Below are positions 8,355 to 19,433 of a DNA stretch of 64,000 nt, one piece after another. The position numbers were made by a program, and so were the translations under genes. The stretch's first letter is position 1; every line of letters begins with the position of its first letter. The DNA comes from an uncultured delta proteobacterium (GTDB lineage: Bacteria > Desulfobacterota > Binatia > UBA9968). A model generated the notes under the pieces. The model was not told where the DNA came from. It saw nothing but the letters and a program-made list of their open reading frames with translations, and ran no database searches. The stretch is taken from assembly GCA_963727625.1 (NCBI GenBank), contig CAVSHR010000005.1:704001-768000 (forward strand). Direction: 5' to 3'.

Positions 8355-8386
8355 GTGGCCTGGATTCCCGTTTGCACGGGAATGAC
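8355..8386 (-). repeat. CGTC-type REP-like palindrome, right copy
   Basis: Reverse complement GTCATTCCCGTGCAAACGGGAATCCAGGCCAC matches 7567-7598 at 28 of 32 positions. Confidence 0.8.
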
Positions 8387-8403
8387 AGACAAGAATCCGC
8401 ACC

Positions 8404-10470
8404 TCACGACTGCCCCAAGGTCATGACCAAATGACCGAACGCGTTCACCGTCACGGTATCGCCCGGCTCAATCACGGTGGTCGACGCAGCCTCCTCGATG
8501 ATCGCAGGGCCGGCGATAACGTTACCGCGCAATAGCTTGCTACGATCGTATACCAGCGCTTCCACGGCGGCCCTGCCGTCGAAGTTCACCTTGCGTACTC
8601 CGCGCCGGGCATTCTCAGGCGGATGACTCCCGCCCTGGGGAATCTGCGGGAACTGCGGTTTTCCCAGTCGACCGATCGCCGACACGCGCAGGCTGACAAT
8701 GTCGGCGGACTCCTCCGGCGCACTGTGGCTGTAACGCAGCTCATGTGCTTCGTCAAACAGCCGCTTGATCTCGGCCCGCGCCGACTCGTCGCCGACCGCA
8801 GCCGGCACGCGCACCGCCACCGCATGCTCCTGGCCGACGTAACGCATATCGGCCGCGCGCTCGAAAACAATTCGGTCGGCCGAAATGCCCGACGCCTCCA
8901 GCGCTTGCCTGCCCTCCGCTTCGAGCCTCTGGAACTGATCTTCCAACTGAAACATTTCCAAATCGTCCATGCGCTCGAAAAGTGTCTGAACGTAATCGCG
9001 GCGCAGATCGGCCATCAGCATGCCAAGAGCGGAAAAATGGCCCGGTGCGTTGGGAATAATAATTTTCTTGATCGATAGCTCTTTGGCGACCGACGCGGCA
9101 TGCAGCGGCCCGCCGCCGCCATAGGCGACTAGCGTGAAGTCGCGCGGGTCGAGGCCGCGTTCGAGCGTCACGTGGCGGACCGCGTTGGCCATCGCCGCGG
9201 TGGCCACTTGCAGCATACCGGCGCCCGCCCGTTCCAAACTTACGGATAGCGGCTGCGCTAGCTTCTCGCGCAGGGCTTTTTCCGCGGCGCCGCGATCGAG
9301 ACGCATTTCGCCGCCGAGAAAACGTTCCGGCGAAAGCCGCCCGAGTATCACGTTGGCATCCGTGACCGTTGGTTCGTTGCCGCCGCGGCCGTAACTCGCC
9401 GGGCCCGGCTCGGCCCCCGCGCTGCGCGGTCCAACATGCAGACCGCCGCCTTCGTCGAGCCAAGCGATGCTGCCGCCGCCGGTGCCGATTTCGACGATGT
9501 CGAGCACGGGAATGCGGACCGCCAACCCTTCGTTATAACCACCGATGAAATAATCCGGCGAAAGGCTCGGCTCGCCGCGCCGGATGACGCAGGCCTTGGC
9601 GGTGGTCCCGCCCATGTCGAAGGCGATAGCGGCGTCGAGATCGAGCATTTCACAGAGCGCCATGGTGCCAACCACGCCGCCCGCGGGGCCTGATTCCATC
9701 ATTTGAATGCATTGGCGCCGCGCCATCTCGACATCGGACAAGCCGCCGTTGGATTGCATGATCATCAGGCTGCCCGTAAAGTGCTGGTCGCGCAGGCGGC
9801 GTTCCAGATCGCCCAGGTACCGGCTTACCTTCGGCCCGACATACGCGTTGGCGGCAACCGTCGAGGTACGTTCGTACTCGCGATACTCGCGCGATAGCTC
9901 ATGGGAGGCGCTGAGAAATAAACTGGGGGCGGTCTCGCGCAGAATTTCGCACATGCGGAGCTCGTGATCGGGCGCGCGGTACGAATGGAGAAAAAGGACC
10001 GCCACCGCTTCGAAGCCTTCTTCTTTGATGATCCGCGCCACCTCGCGCGCTTCTCGCTCATCGAAAGGCGTGCGGACCGAGCCGTCGGCGAGCATGCGCT
10101 CGGTGACTTCGAAAATATCTTCCCGCGGCACCAGCGGGCGATGCTTGCGAAAACGCGGATTAAAGGATTCCGGGCGGTTGATCCGGCCGATCTCGTAGAC
10201 GTCACGAAAACCCTTGGTCGTGACCAGCGCGGTCTTGGCGCCCTGACGTTCGATCACCGCATTGATCACCACGGTCGAGCCATGAATCAGGCTGGAGACT
10301 TCGTCGAAACGCACCGCAGCTTTGGTCAAGCCCTCCAACACGCCGCGCGCCAGCTCCACCGGCGTGGACAGCGTCTTAGCCAACGCCAACGCGCTCTTCG
10401 CCTCGTCAAAAACGACGACGTCGGTAAACGTTCCACCGATATCCACCGCGACACGCAAGCTGCCCTCCAA
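8404..10470 (-). CDS. Hydantoinase A/oxoprolinase family protein (ATP-binding subunit)
   Basis: VDIGGTFTD, TTKGFRD, REYERTST, ESGPAGG, DMGGTT, GPRSAGAEPGP, PTVTDAN, RGLDPRDF, DMRYVGQ. Confidence 0.92.
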   Translation of the reverse strand: MEGSLRVAVDIGGTFTDVVVFDEAKSALALAKTLSTPVELARGVLEGLTKAAVRFDEVSSLIHGSTVVINAVIERQGAKTALVTTKGFRDVYEIGRINRPESFNPRFRKHRPLVPREDIFEVTERMLADGSVRTPFDEREAREVARIIKEEGFEAVAVLFLHSYRAPDHELRMCEILRETAPSLFLSASHELSREYREYERTSTVAANAYVGPKVSRYLGDLERRLRDQHFTGSLMIMQSNGGLSDVEMARRQCIQMMESGPAGGVVGTMALCEMLDLDAAIAFDMGGTTAKACVIRRGEPSLSPDYFIGGYNEGLAVRIPVLDIVEIGTGGGSIAWLDEGGGLHVGPRSAGAEPGPASYGRGGNEPTVTDANVILGRLSPERFLGGEMRLDRGAAEKALREKLAQPLSVSLERAGAGMLQVATAAMANAVRHVTLERGLDPRDFTLVAYGGGGPLHAASVAKELSIKKIIIPNAPGHFSALGMLMADLRRDYVQTLFERMDDLEMFQLEDQFQRLEAEGRQALEASGISADRIVFERAADMRYVGQEHAVAVRVPAAVGDESARAEIKRLFDEAHELRYSHSAPEESADIVSLRVSAIGRLGKPQFPQIPQGGSHPPENARRGVRKVNFDGRAAVEALVYDRSKLLRGNVIAGPAIIEEAASTTVIEPGDTVTVNAFGHLVMTLGQS

Positions 10471-10480
10471 AAGGATAAAG

Positions 10481-10552
10481 TTGGAGTGTTGGAGTTCTGG
10501 AGTATTGGGCCAGCACCATCACTCCATTGTTCCACTACTCCATGACTCCAAT
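10481..10552. repeat. Inverted octamer tandem arrays (TGGAGTRT / ACTCCA)
   Basis: TGGAGTGT TGGAGTTC TGGAGTAT TGGG followed by CCATCACT CCATTGTT CCACTACT CCATGACT CCAA. Confidence 0.75.
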
Positions 10553-10557
10553 CTGTT

Positions 10558-10989
10558 TTAGCCGCACCGATGATTGGCGAGATATTCGTTTAACCACTTG
10601 TCCCAGGTGTTATCGATCCTGCGGATCGCGCCCAGTTGCGAATCTTCGCCGTCGTTCTCCTCCACCAGCGCAACCACGCGCAGGTCGACGCCGGCGAGGT
10701 GCGGATCGGCGCAAAAATGATCGCGCACCATCACCGTGCCGGCTGTTTCCAACTCGGCCAAAGCGCAATCCACCTCCGCCGCGCTGATCTGCAACCGCCC
10801 CAGGGACGCGTACAACTCGGTCATGAAGCGCGCCTTCTTGTCGCGTGCACGCAGTAGGTCAAGCACTCTTTCGCGGAGATTTTTTTCTTTTGCGACGTTA
10901 TCCGTTTCGGTAGTGCGATGCATCGTGACCGGCATGACTGATCCTGCGTGATACTCAGAACTCTTAATGAACCGATGGGACGTTGTCAA
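10558..10989 (-). CDS. Hypothetical protein, possible winged-helix fold, His/Cys motifs (start may be downstream)
   Basis: Only substantial ORF between hyuA and selA, with protein-like composition (RDHFCADPHL, WLNEYLANHRCG). Confidence 0.7.
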   Translation of the reverse strand: MTTSHRFIKSSEYHAGSVMPVTMHRTTETDNVAKEKNLRERVLDLLRARDKKARFMTELYASLGRLQISAAEVDCALAELETAGTVMVRDHFCADPHLAGVDLRVVALVEENDGEDSQLGAIRRIDNTWDKWLNEYLANHRCG

Positions 10990-11087
10990 TCAACCGATTC
11001 AAACCCGGGAAGCGGGCGCGCGATTGCGACGAGGTAAAGCGACCATGTTGAATTTACCCCCCTCACTGTGCAAATCTTTGATTTCTT

Positions 11088-12494
<1,407 letters not shown>

Positions 12495-12506
12495 AGGAAC
12501 GGTTCG

Positions 12507-12540
12507 CAATCCACAATCCAAAATCGCAAATCCAAAATTG
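12507..12540 (+). repeat. Heptamer tandem array (AATCCAA family)
   Basis: CAATCCAC AATCCAA AATCGCA AATCCAA AATTG between selA and selB; same family as 5702-5727. Confidence 0.75.
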
Positions 12541-12544
12541 ACTC

Positions 12545-14458
12545 ATGCCCTACATTATCGGCACCGCCGGCCATATCGATCACGGCAAGACCCGCTTAAT
12601 CAAAGCGCTCACCGGCACGGACACCGACCGGCTCAAGGAAGAAAAAGAGCGCGGCATCTCGATCGATCTCGGCTTCGCCCACCTCGACCTGCCGGACGGC
12701 ACTTCCGCGGGCATCGTCGACGTGCCCGGCCATGAGCGCTTTATCAAAAACATGCTCGCCGGCGCCCACGGCATCGATCTGGTCCTGTTCACCGTCGCCG
12801 CCGACGATGGCGTGATGCCCCAGACCGAAGAGCATTTGGACATCGTTCATTTACTCGGCGTCAAGATGGCGATCTTCGTGATCACCAAGGCGGACTTGGT
12901 TCCTCCTGGGCGCCTCGCCGACGTTGAAGAAGAGATCGACATCCTCACCCTCGGCACGACCTTGGAAAATTCGCCGAAGGTGACGGTCTCTTCCGTCACC
13001 GGCCAAGGCCTCGACGAGCTGAAACAGTTAATTTCGACGACGCTAAAATCCCGCACCCTTTCAGCCCCCAACGGCTACTTCCGCCTGCCTGTCGACCGCG
13101 CCTTCGTCCTGCAGGGCCACGGCGTCGTCGTCACCGGTACGGCGCTCAGCGGCGAAATCAAGGTCGGCGAGCAGGTGCGCTGTTTGCCGGGTGATCATCT
13201 TTTTCGCATTCGCAGCCTGCAGGTGCACGGCCATTCGGTCGACAGCGCCGGTTGGGGCCAGCGCGTCGCGATGAATCTCACCGGCCCGGAGCGCGCCTCC
13301 ATCGAGCGCGGCCAGGTGATCTGCCACGAAAAGCTGTCGCTCACCTCGGACCGTTTCGATGCTTTTCTCGAAGTCCGGCCGGCGGCGACAAAGGGCATCA
13401 AGAATCATCAGCGCCTGCGCATCCATATCGGCGCGGCGGAGCGCTTGGCGAAAGTCGTCGTGCTCGGCGGTGCGGAAAAGCTAAACGCCAAAGATTCGGC
13501 GTACTGCCAGATTACGCTCAACAAACCGCTGCTGGTCATGCGCGGCGACCATTTCGTCGCCAGGGACGAGACCGCGCGCCGTACCCTCGGCGGCGGCGCG
13601 GTGGTGCATCCCTGGGCCAATCGCCATAAAAGCGGCGAAGCCGGGCTCCTGAGCCGACTCAAGTTGCTGCATGTCGGCGAGGTCGCCGAAGTCGTCGAGA
13701 ATTTTCTCGGCGAAAGCGCCGCCTTCGCCCTGCCGATCGACGCGATCTACCAATTTCTCAACTTGCGCGAAGAAGAAGCGCGGCAAAAAATCGACGCGCT
13801 TAAAGGCGTGCGCGTGCTCAGCGCCGAAGGCGAGAAAGTCTATACCATCGAGGCCAAGTGGAACCAGCTCAAAGCCCGCCTGCTAAAAACCCTCAAAGAG
13901 TTTCACGCCGCGCATCCGTTGATTCCCGGCATGGACATGGAAGAGTTGCGCGGCAAGCTCGGCTTCGAGCTATCGCCGAAAATCTTCCGTGTCATCGTCG
14001 AACAGTTCATCAACGAGAAGCTAATCGCCAAGGAAGAAAACCTGCTGCGCCTGGCCGGCCATCGCCTCCAGCTTGGCGGCCAGGAAAAAACCCTCATGGA
14101 TAAAATCAAGAAGCTGCTCGGCGAGCAACCTCTGGCGCCGCCCGATTTGAAAGAGATCGAAAAGCAGGCCGGCGTGCCGCGCCAGCGCTTGAACGAGGTC
14201 ATCCGCCTTTTAGAACGGGACGGTTCGATCGTCCGCGTCACCACCGACATGTACTTCCTGGCCAGCAGCATTGAGCAGTTGCGCGCGACGCTGCAAAATT
14301 TCCTGACCGAAAAAGGCGAGATGACCGCGGCTTCGTTTCGAGACTTGATCGGTTCGAGCCGCAAATACACTATTCCGTTACTGGAATTTTTCGACCGCGA
14401 CGGCCTGACCATCAGAATCGGCGATATCCGCCGTCTCAAATCTCGATCGTCCGTGTAA
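12545..14458 (+). CDS. selB: Selenocysteine-specific elongation factor SelB
   Basis: [40 protein letters not shown]; C-terminal SECIS-binding [13 protein letters not shown]. Confidence 0.97.
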   Translation: MPYIIGTAGHIDHGKTRLIKALTGTDTDRLKEEKERGISIDLGFAHLDLPDGTSAGIVDVPGHERFIKNMLAGAHGIDLVLFTVAADDGVMPQTEEHLDIVHLLGVKMAIFVITKADLVPPGRLADVEEEIDILTLGTTLENSPKVTVSSVTGQGLDELKQLISTTLKSRTLSAPNGYFRLPVDRAFVLQGHGVVVTGTALSGEIKVGEQVRCLPGDHLFRIRSLQVHGHSVDSAGWGQRVAMNLTGPERASIERGQVICHEKLSLTSDRFDAFLEVRPAATKGIKNHQRLRIHIGAAERLAKVVVLGGAEKLNAKDSAYCQITLNKPLLVMRGDHFVARDETARRTLGGGAVVHPWANRHKSGEAGLLSRLKLLHVGEVAEVVENFLGESAAFALPIDAIYQFLNLREEEARQKIDALKGVRVLSAEGEKVYTIEAKWNQLKARLLKTLKEFHAAHPLIPGMDMEELRGKLGFELSPKIFRVIVEQFINEKLIAKEENLLRLAGHRLQLGGQEKTLMDKIKKLLGEQPLAPPDLKEIEKQAGVPRQRLNEVIRLLERDGSIVRVTTDMYFLASSIEQLRATLQNFLTEKGEMTAASFRDLIGSSRKYTIPLLEFFDRDGLTIRIGDIRRLKSRSSV

Positions 14459-14474
14459 AAATTGAGTTTCCACG

Positions 14475-14503
14475 TTGAAATTTGCCGCCGGTCGATTTAA
14501 AGT
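14475..14503 (+). promoter_or_regulatory. Candidate sigma70 promoter of selD
   Basis: TTGAAA-17 nt-TAAAGT, ending 9 nt before ATG 14513. Confidence 0.35.
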
Positions 14504-14512
14504 CATCGAGTT

Positions 14513-15568
14513 ATGATGTTGAAAAAGAAGAAAGCCGTGCGCTTGACGCAAGAGGTTAAAGCCGCGGGTTGAGCCGCAAAGCTCGGCCCCGCCGACCTCG
14601 TGCAAGTCTTGCACGGCCTGCCTAAATTTAAAAATTCCGATATGCTGGTGGGCACCGAAACCGGCGACGACGCCGGGGTCTATCGTCTGCGCCCCGACCT
14701 GGCGATCGTCAACACAGTGGATTTTTTCACCCCCATCGTCGACGATCCCTATCTCTTCGGCCAGATCTCTGCAGCCAACTCTTTGAGCGACGTCTACGCC
14801 ATGGGCGGCGAGCCCAAGACCTGCATGAACATAGTCTGCTTTCCCAAGGGCAAGATGGATATCGAAGTTCTCGGCGCGATCCTTAAAGGCGGCGCCGATA
14901 AGGTCATCGAAAGCGGCGCCGTCGTCATCGGCGGCCACAGCATCATCGACGAAGAAATCAAATTCGGCATGGCGGTCACCGGCGTCATTCATCCGGACAA
15001 GATTCTGCGCAACGTCGGCGTCCAGGAAGGCGACGTGCTGGTTCTGACCAAGCCGCTGGGCACCGGCATCATCACCACCGCGCTCAAAAAAGGCAAAGCT
15101 TCGGACGAAAGCGTCAATGAAGCGGTCAAGTCGATGGCCACGCTCAACGCCGCCGCTTCGACCGTCATGCGCAAGCACCCGGTGCATGCCTGTTCCGACG
15201 TCACCGGATTTGGGATCCTCGGCCACGCCAACGGAATGGCGAGCGGCAGCGGCGTCACGCTGGTCATAGAAGCGGCCAAGCTGCCGCTGATGCGAGCTGC
15301 GGCGCGCCTCGCCGAAAAAGGCTATGTCACCGGCGGCTGCAAACGAAACCAGGAATACTTGAACGATAAGATGGTGATCGAGAAATCGATCCGTGAAGGC
15401 TTGGTTCAGGTCGCTTTGGACCCGCAAACTTCAGGCGGCTTGCTGATCGCGATCGCCAAACGGCACGCGGCCAAGCTGATCGACGATCTGCACACCGCCG
15501 GTGTCGCCTGCGCCGCCGAAGTCGGCTACGCCACCTCCTTGCAAAAACCTTGGGTTCGCCTCGTCTAA
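14513..15568 (+). CDS. selD: Selenide, water dikinase (selenophosphate synthetase), Sec-containing
   Basis: MMLKKKKAVRLTQEVKAAG-U-AAKLGP with in-frame TGA at 14570-14572, continuing into DDAGVY, TVDFFTPIVDDPY, NSLSDVYAMGG, GGHS, DVTGFG, DPQTSGGLL. Confidence 0.95.
14598..14616 (+). promoter_or_regulatory. Candidate bacterial SECIS hairpin
   Basis: CGTGCAA-GTC-TTGCACG stem-loop; loop starts with G, 33 nt after the UGA. A second small hairpin TCGGC-CCC-GCCGA lies at 14583-14595. Confidence 0.55.
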
Positions 15569-15717
15569 ACCGGCGCTTGTATACCCGCCGCTTTCAGTCT
15601 CCGATTCGACATTATGAATGGCTCAAGCCATAATGTTGACGGCGCTGATCGCCGGCAAATGACAGATAATCTCACAGCAAGGATTCATTCAATCAGCCGC
15701 GCAATGGGCGTTCTTTT

Positions 15718-17823
15718 ATGAGCAACCTGCTGCACCATCTGGCGCGCCTTTACCAAATACAGAGTGAATTCCAAGACGGCCTGGGCCAGTTGCGCAAGGC
15801 GCCGCCCGAGGCAATCCTGAGCGCACTCCAATCGCTCGACGCGCCGGTCCACTCCATGAAAGACGTCGCCTGGGCTTTGCGCCAGCGACGCCAGGCCCTG
15901 TGGCAAAGCGCTATCGAGCCCGTCACCATCGCCTGGCAGAATCAACCGCTGTTCATCCCGCTGCGGTTGCCGAGCCGGCTGGCCGAGACACTGGCCGATT
16001 ACGAAATTGTTCTGGAAAGCGGCGAGTGCATCCGCGGACGATGTGAAGAGAATATCGATCGTAAGCCGCGCTTTAGGGAAGTGGAGGGCGCAGCCTACGT
16101 GGCCCGCAGCCTGCTCCTGCGCCGGGAGATTCCCCTGGGTTATCATCGACTGCGGCTGCGGGTCAGTGATCTCCGATTGGAATCGGCGCTCTTCTCCGCG
16201 CCGCTCGAAGCCTACGCAGCAAACCCGTCGAGCGGCAAACGCTGGGGCGTGTTCTGTCCGCTCTACGCGCTCGGATCGGCGACCAACTGGGGCGCCGGCG
16301 ATTACTCCGACCTGGCGGCGCTGGCGCGTTTCGTCGGCGGCCTCAACGGCTACGCCGTCGGCACCTTGCCGATGCTCGCTAGTTTTCTGGACGAGCCGTT
16401 CAATCCCAGCCCCTACTCGCCGGTCAGTCGGCTGTTCTGGAACGAGTTCTATCTCGACGTCACGCGAATTCCGGAATTCGCCGCGTCTACAAAAGCTCAA
16501 TCCTTGGTTAGCTCCGAGGAATTTCGCGGCGCACTGGCGCGCCAGCGCGCCGCGCCGCTGGTCGACTACCGCAGCATCATGGCGCTCAAGCGCAAGACGA
16601 TCGAAGCGCTTCTCGATTTTGTCATGACGGGGTCGCCAACCCGGCGCGAGAGCTTTGAAGATTTTATCGCCGGGCATGCCAAAGTCGAAGATTACGCCGC
16701 TTTTCGCGCCAGAGTCGAGCGTGAAGGACGGAGTTGGCAGCAGTGGGAAGCGGGCGAGCGCGCCGGTATCCTGCAAATGGAGCAGCGCGACGAGCCGGCG
16801 AAATTGTACCATCTCTATGTTCAGTGGCAGTGCGAAGAGCAGACCCGTTGGCTGCAAAATGAAACCAAGGCCAATAGCGCCAAGCTCTATCTCGACTTTC
16901 CCCTCGGGACGAATCGGGATGGCTACGATGTCTGGCGCGAGCGCGATCTGTTCGTTCTCGGCGCCAGCGGCGGCGCTCCCCCCGACGGTCTTTTCGTCAA
17001 GGGACAGAACTGGGGCTTCCCGCCTTTACACCCCGAAGCGATCCGCCGGCGCGGCTACGGTTACTATATCGATTGCGTGCGCCATCACATGTCCTACGCC
17101 GCCATGCTGCGCATCGATCACGTCATGGGCATGCATCGCGCCTTCTGGGTGCCGGAAGGGTTCGGCGCTGCCGAAGGTTTGTACGTGCAATATCGCGCCG
17201 AGGAGTTCTACGCCATCCTGAGTCTCGAATCTCATCGCCATCAGGTCGAGATTGTCGGCGAAAATCTCGGCACTGTGCCGGACTATGTGAACCACGCTCT
17301 CGTGCGCCATGGAATACTCGGCATGTATGTGGGCCAATTCGGCGTCAATGCCGACCCGGATCGCGCCCTGGAGGCCACACCGGCGCAGACCGTGGCCAGT
17401 CTCGGCACCCACGATACCGCAACGTTCATGGGGTTTTGGAACGGCAGTGAAATTCGCGACCGTTTGGCTTTGGGGCTGATCGATCGAGAGCAAGCTGACC
17501 ACGAGCAGGAATATCGCGCCGCCCAGCGCGAAGCGCTCGTAGCCTTTTTGCGCCGGCGCGGCTTGGTCGACGACGGCAATTCCGCCCCAGACGCCGTGCT
17601 AAAGGGTTGGCTCACCTATCTGGCCGGCGGTGAGGCGCAATTTCTGCTGGTCAATTTCGAAGACCTTTGGCTCGAAGAGGCGCCGCAAAATGTTCCCGGC
17701 ACCTGGGTGGAACGGCCCAACTGGCAGCAGAAGGCCCGCTTTAGCCTCGACGAGATTCGGGCCATGCCGAACCTGTTAAATTTGCTAAAAATCCTTAGCG
17801 ACAAGCGCGCCGTGATCCGCTAG
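15718..17823 (+). CDS. malQ: 4-alpha-glucanotransferase (GH77)
   Basis: SPYSPVSR, GAPPD, GQNWGFPP, LRIDHVMG, VGENLG, GTHDT, QNVPGT..PNW. Confidence 0.93.
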   Translation: MSNLLHHLARLYQIQSEFQDGLGQLRKAPPEAILSALQSLDAPVHSMKDVAWALRQRRQALWQSAIEPVTIAWQNQPLFIPLRLPSRLAETLADYEIVLESGECIRGRCEENIDRKPRFREVEGAAYVARSLLLRREIPLGYHRLRLRVSDLRLESALFSAPLEAYAANPSSGKRWGVFCPLYALGSATNWGAGDYSDLAALARFVGGLNGYAVGTLPMLASFLDEPFNPSPYSPVSRLFWNEFYLDVTRIPEFAASTKAQSLVSSEEFRGALARQRAAPLVDYRSIMALKRKTIEALLDFVMTGSPTRRESFEDFIAGHAKVEDYAAFRARVEREGRSWQQWEAGERAGILQMEQRDEPAKLYHLYVQWQCEEQTRWLQNETKANSAKLYLDFPLGTNRDGYDVWRERDLFVLGASGGAPPDGLFVKGQNWGFPPLHPEAIRRRGYGYYIDCVRHHMSYAAMLRIDHVMGMHRAFWVPEGFGAAEGLYVQYRAEEFYAILSLESHRHQVEIVGENLGTVPDYVNHALVRHGILGMYVGQFGVNADPDRALEATPAQTVASLGTHDTATFMGFWNGSEIRDRLALGLIDREQADHEQEYRAAQREALVAFLRRRGLVDDGNSAPDAVLKGWLTYLAGGEAQFLLVNFEDLWLEEAPQNVPGTWVERPNWQQKARFSLDEIRAMPNLLNLLKILSDKRAVIR

Positions 17824-17969
17824 AATTGATGCAATTTTGCCCGTCGACGGGTCGGTTTCGCGATTCTTGCGGCAATTTTTCGGAAGCGGCGATTCTCTGG
17901 ATTGGGCATGCAGCTAAAAACCGAAATGGCCGGCGCTCATTCAATTGCCCGGCGAAAAAACAACGCTCG

Positions 17970-19409
17970 ATGAAAATCGCAATGATCGCCTCCGAGGTAA
18001 ACCCCTTCGCCAAGACCGGAGGTTTGGCCGATGTCATCGGCACACTGGCCGTTGCACTGGAACGGCTCGGCCACAAGCTATGCGTCGTGGCGCCAGCGTA
18101 TCGCTGTGTGCTCCAGGGCGGCTTTTCCTTGCGCGAGAACGCGACCAAGCTTTCGGTCCCGCTTACCGATCGCCAGGAAGAAGCCGGCATCATGGAAACC
18201 ACCGTCGGCAAGGATGTGCCGGTTTACCTGATTCGCTCCGACAAATATTTCGATCGGGAATACCTTTACGGCGCGCCGAACGGTGATTATCCGGACAACG
18301 CGGAGCGCTTTGTTTTTTTCTGCCGCGCCGCTCTCGAATTACTGCGGGATCATCCCGTCGACATCGTGCACTGCCACGATTGGCAAGCCGCCTTGGCCGT
18401 GGTTTTTCTCAAGACCCAGCCATCCCGCTATGCCGAAAACGCCGCGGCAAAGACCGTTTTCACGATCCACAATCTTGGTTTTCAGGGGGTCTTCTGGCAA
18501 CCGGATTGGCATCTGTTGACCCTCGACGCCGCCTATTTCACGCCGCAGTTTTTGGAGTTTTACGGCAATATCAATTTTCTCAAGGGCGCTTTGGTTTTCG
18601 CCGACAAAATCACCACCGTGAGCCCCACCTATGCCAAGGAGATTATGACCACCGAGCAAGGCTTCGGGCTGCAAGGTGTGTTGCAGCTGCGTGCCGCGGA
18701 TCTCGTCGGCGTCCTCAACGGGGTCGACGACCAGCAATGGAATCCGTGGACCGACCCGTTCCTGAAACATCACTACGGCGAGCACAGCTTGACGATCAAA
18801 AGAGACTGCAAAAAAAACCTCCAGCGCGCCATCGGCCTGCAAGACAAACCTAACACGCCGCTCATCGCGATGATTTCGCGTTTGACCTCACAGAAAGGCT
18901 TCGACCTGATCGAAGACAGATTCGACGCGTTGCTCGAGCGCGATGTCCAGGTCGTCTTGCTCGGAAGCGGCGATCCGCGCTTCGAGCAGTTTTTCCGAGC
19001 CGTCTCTACGCGTTATCCGGGCCGGGTAGCGGTGGACATTGGTTTTAACGAGGCGCTGGCGCACCGGATCGAAGCCGGTGCCGATCTCTTCTTGATGCCG
19101 TCGCGCTACGAGCCCTGCGGCCTCAATCAAATGTTCAGTCTAAAATACGGCACCATCCCGATCGTCCGAGCCGTCGGCGGCTTGAGAGATACCGTGCAAG
19201 ACTACGACAGCGAAAATGAGACCGGCACGGGATTTGTCTTTCAATCCTATGACGGCCCGGCGTTGCTCGCCGCGATCGATCGCGCCCTGTCCGTTTACCG
19301 CGACAAGAAATCCTGGACGGCGCTGCGGCGCCGCGCCATGGCCATGGACTTTTCTTGGGATCGTTCAGCCAAACTGTACAGCAACTTGTACCAGCAACTT
19401 TTGCACTGA
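17970..19409 (+). CDS. glgA: Glycogen synthase
   Basis: MKIAMIASEVNPFAKTGGLADV, HCHDWQ, TIHNL, PSRYEPCGLNQ. Start ATG at 17970. Confidence 0.95.
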   Translation: MKIAMIASEVNPFAKTGGLADVIGTLAVALERLGHKLCVVAPAYRCVLQGGFSLRENATKLSVPLTDRQEEAGIMETTVGKDVPVYLIRSDKYFDREYLYGAPNGDYPDNAERFVFFCRAALELLRDHPVDIVHCHDWQAALAVVFLKTQPSRYAENAAAKTVFTIHNLGFQGVFWQPDWHLLTLDAAYFTPQFLEFYGNINFLKGALVFADKITTVSPTYAKEIMTTEQGFGLQGVLQLRAADLVGVLNGVDDQQWNPWTDPFLKHHYGEHSLTIKRDCKKNLQRAIGLQDKPNTPLIAMISRLTSQKGFDLIEDRFDALLERDVQVVLLGSGDPRFEQFFRAVSTRYPGRVAVDIGFNEALAHRIEAGADLFLMPSRYEPCGLNQMFSLKYGTIPIVRAVGGLRDTVQDYDSENETGTGFVFQSYDGPALLAAIDRALSVYRDKKSWTALRRRAMAMDFSWDRSAKLYSNLYQQLLH

Positions 19410-19433
19410 AGGGAGCATACACCAAAGGGGCCT

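Larger units (their letters stand above)
7566..8386. mobile_element. Putative repeat-bounded nuclease cassette (nested inverted repeats, DUF559 gene, GIY-YIG remnant)
   Basis: Three concentric inverted-repeat pairs interrupting the hyuA-hyuB gene order, visibly AT-richer. No transposase or target-site duplication seen. Confidence 0.5.

Noticed and set aside
8404-8406. Sec readthrough at other TGA stops (hyuA, MBL gene, selA)
   Set aside because: The proteins are already full length, and where I read on (hyuA, MBL) the downstream frame is not protein-like.
15569-15717. tRNA-Sec (selC) downstream of selD
   Set aside because: Only a small imperfect hairpin (~15610-15637); no cloverleaf or TCA anticodon arm recognised.
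17826-17969. N-terminal extensions in the track for glgA (likewise glgE, glgX, DUF559, azlD and the small regulators)
   Set aside because: Family homology begins at downstream start codons, several with better RBS.
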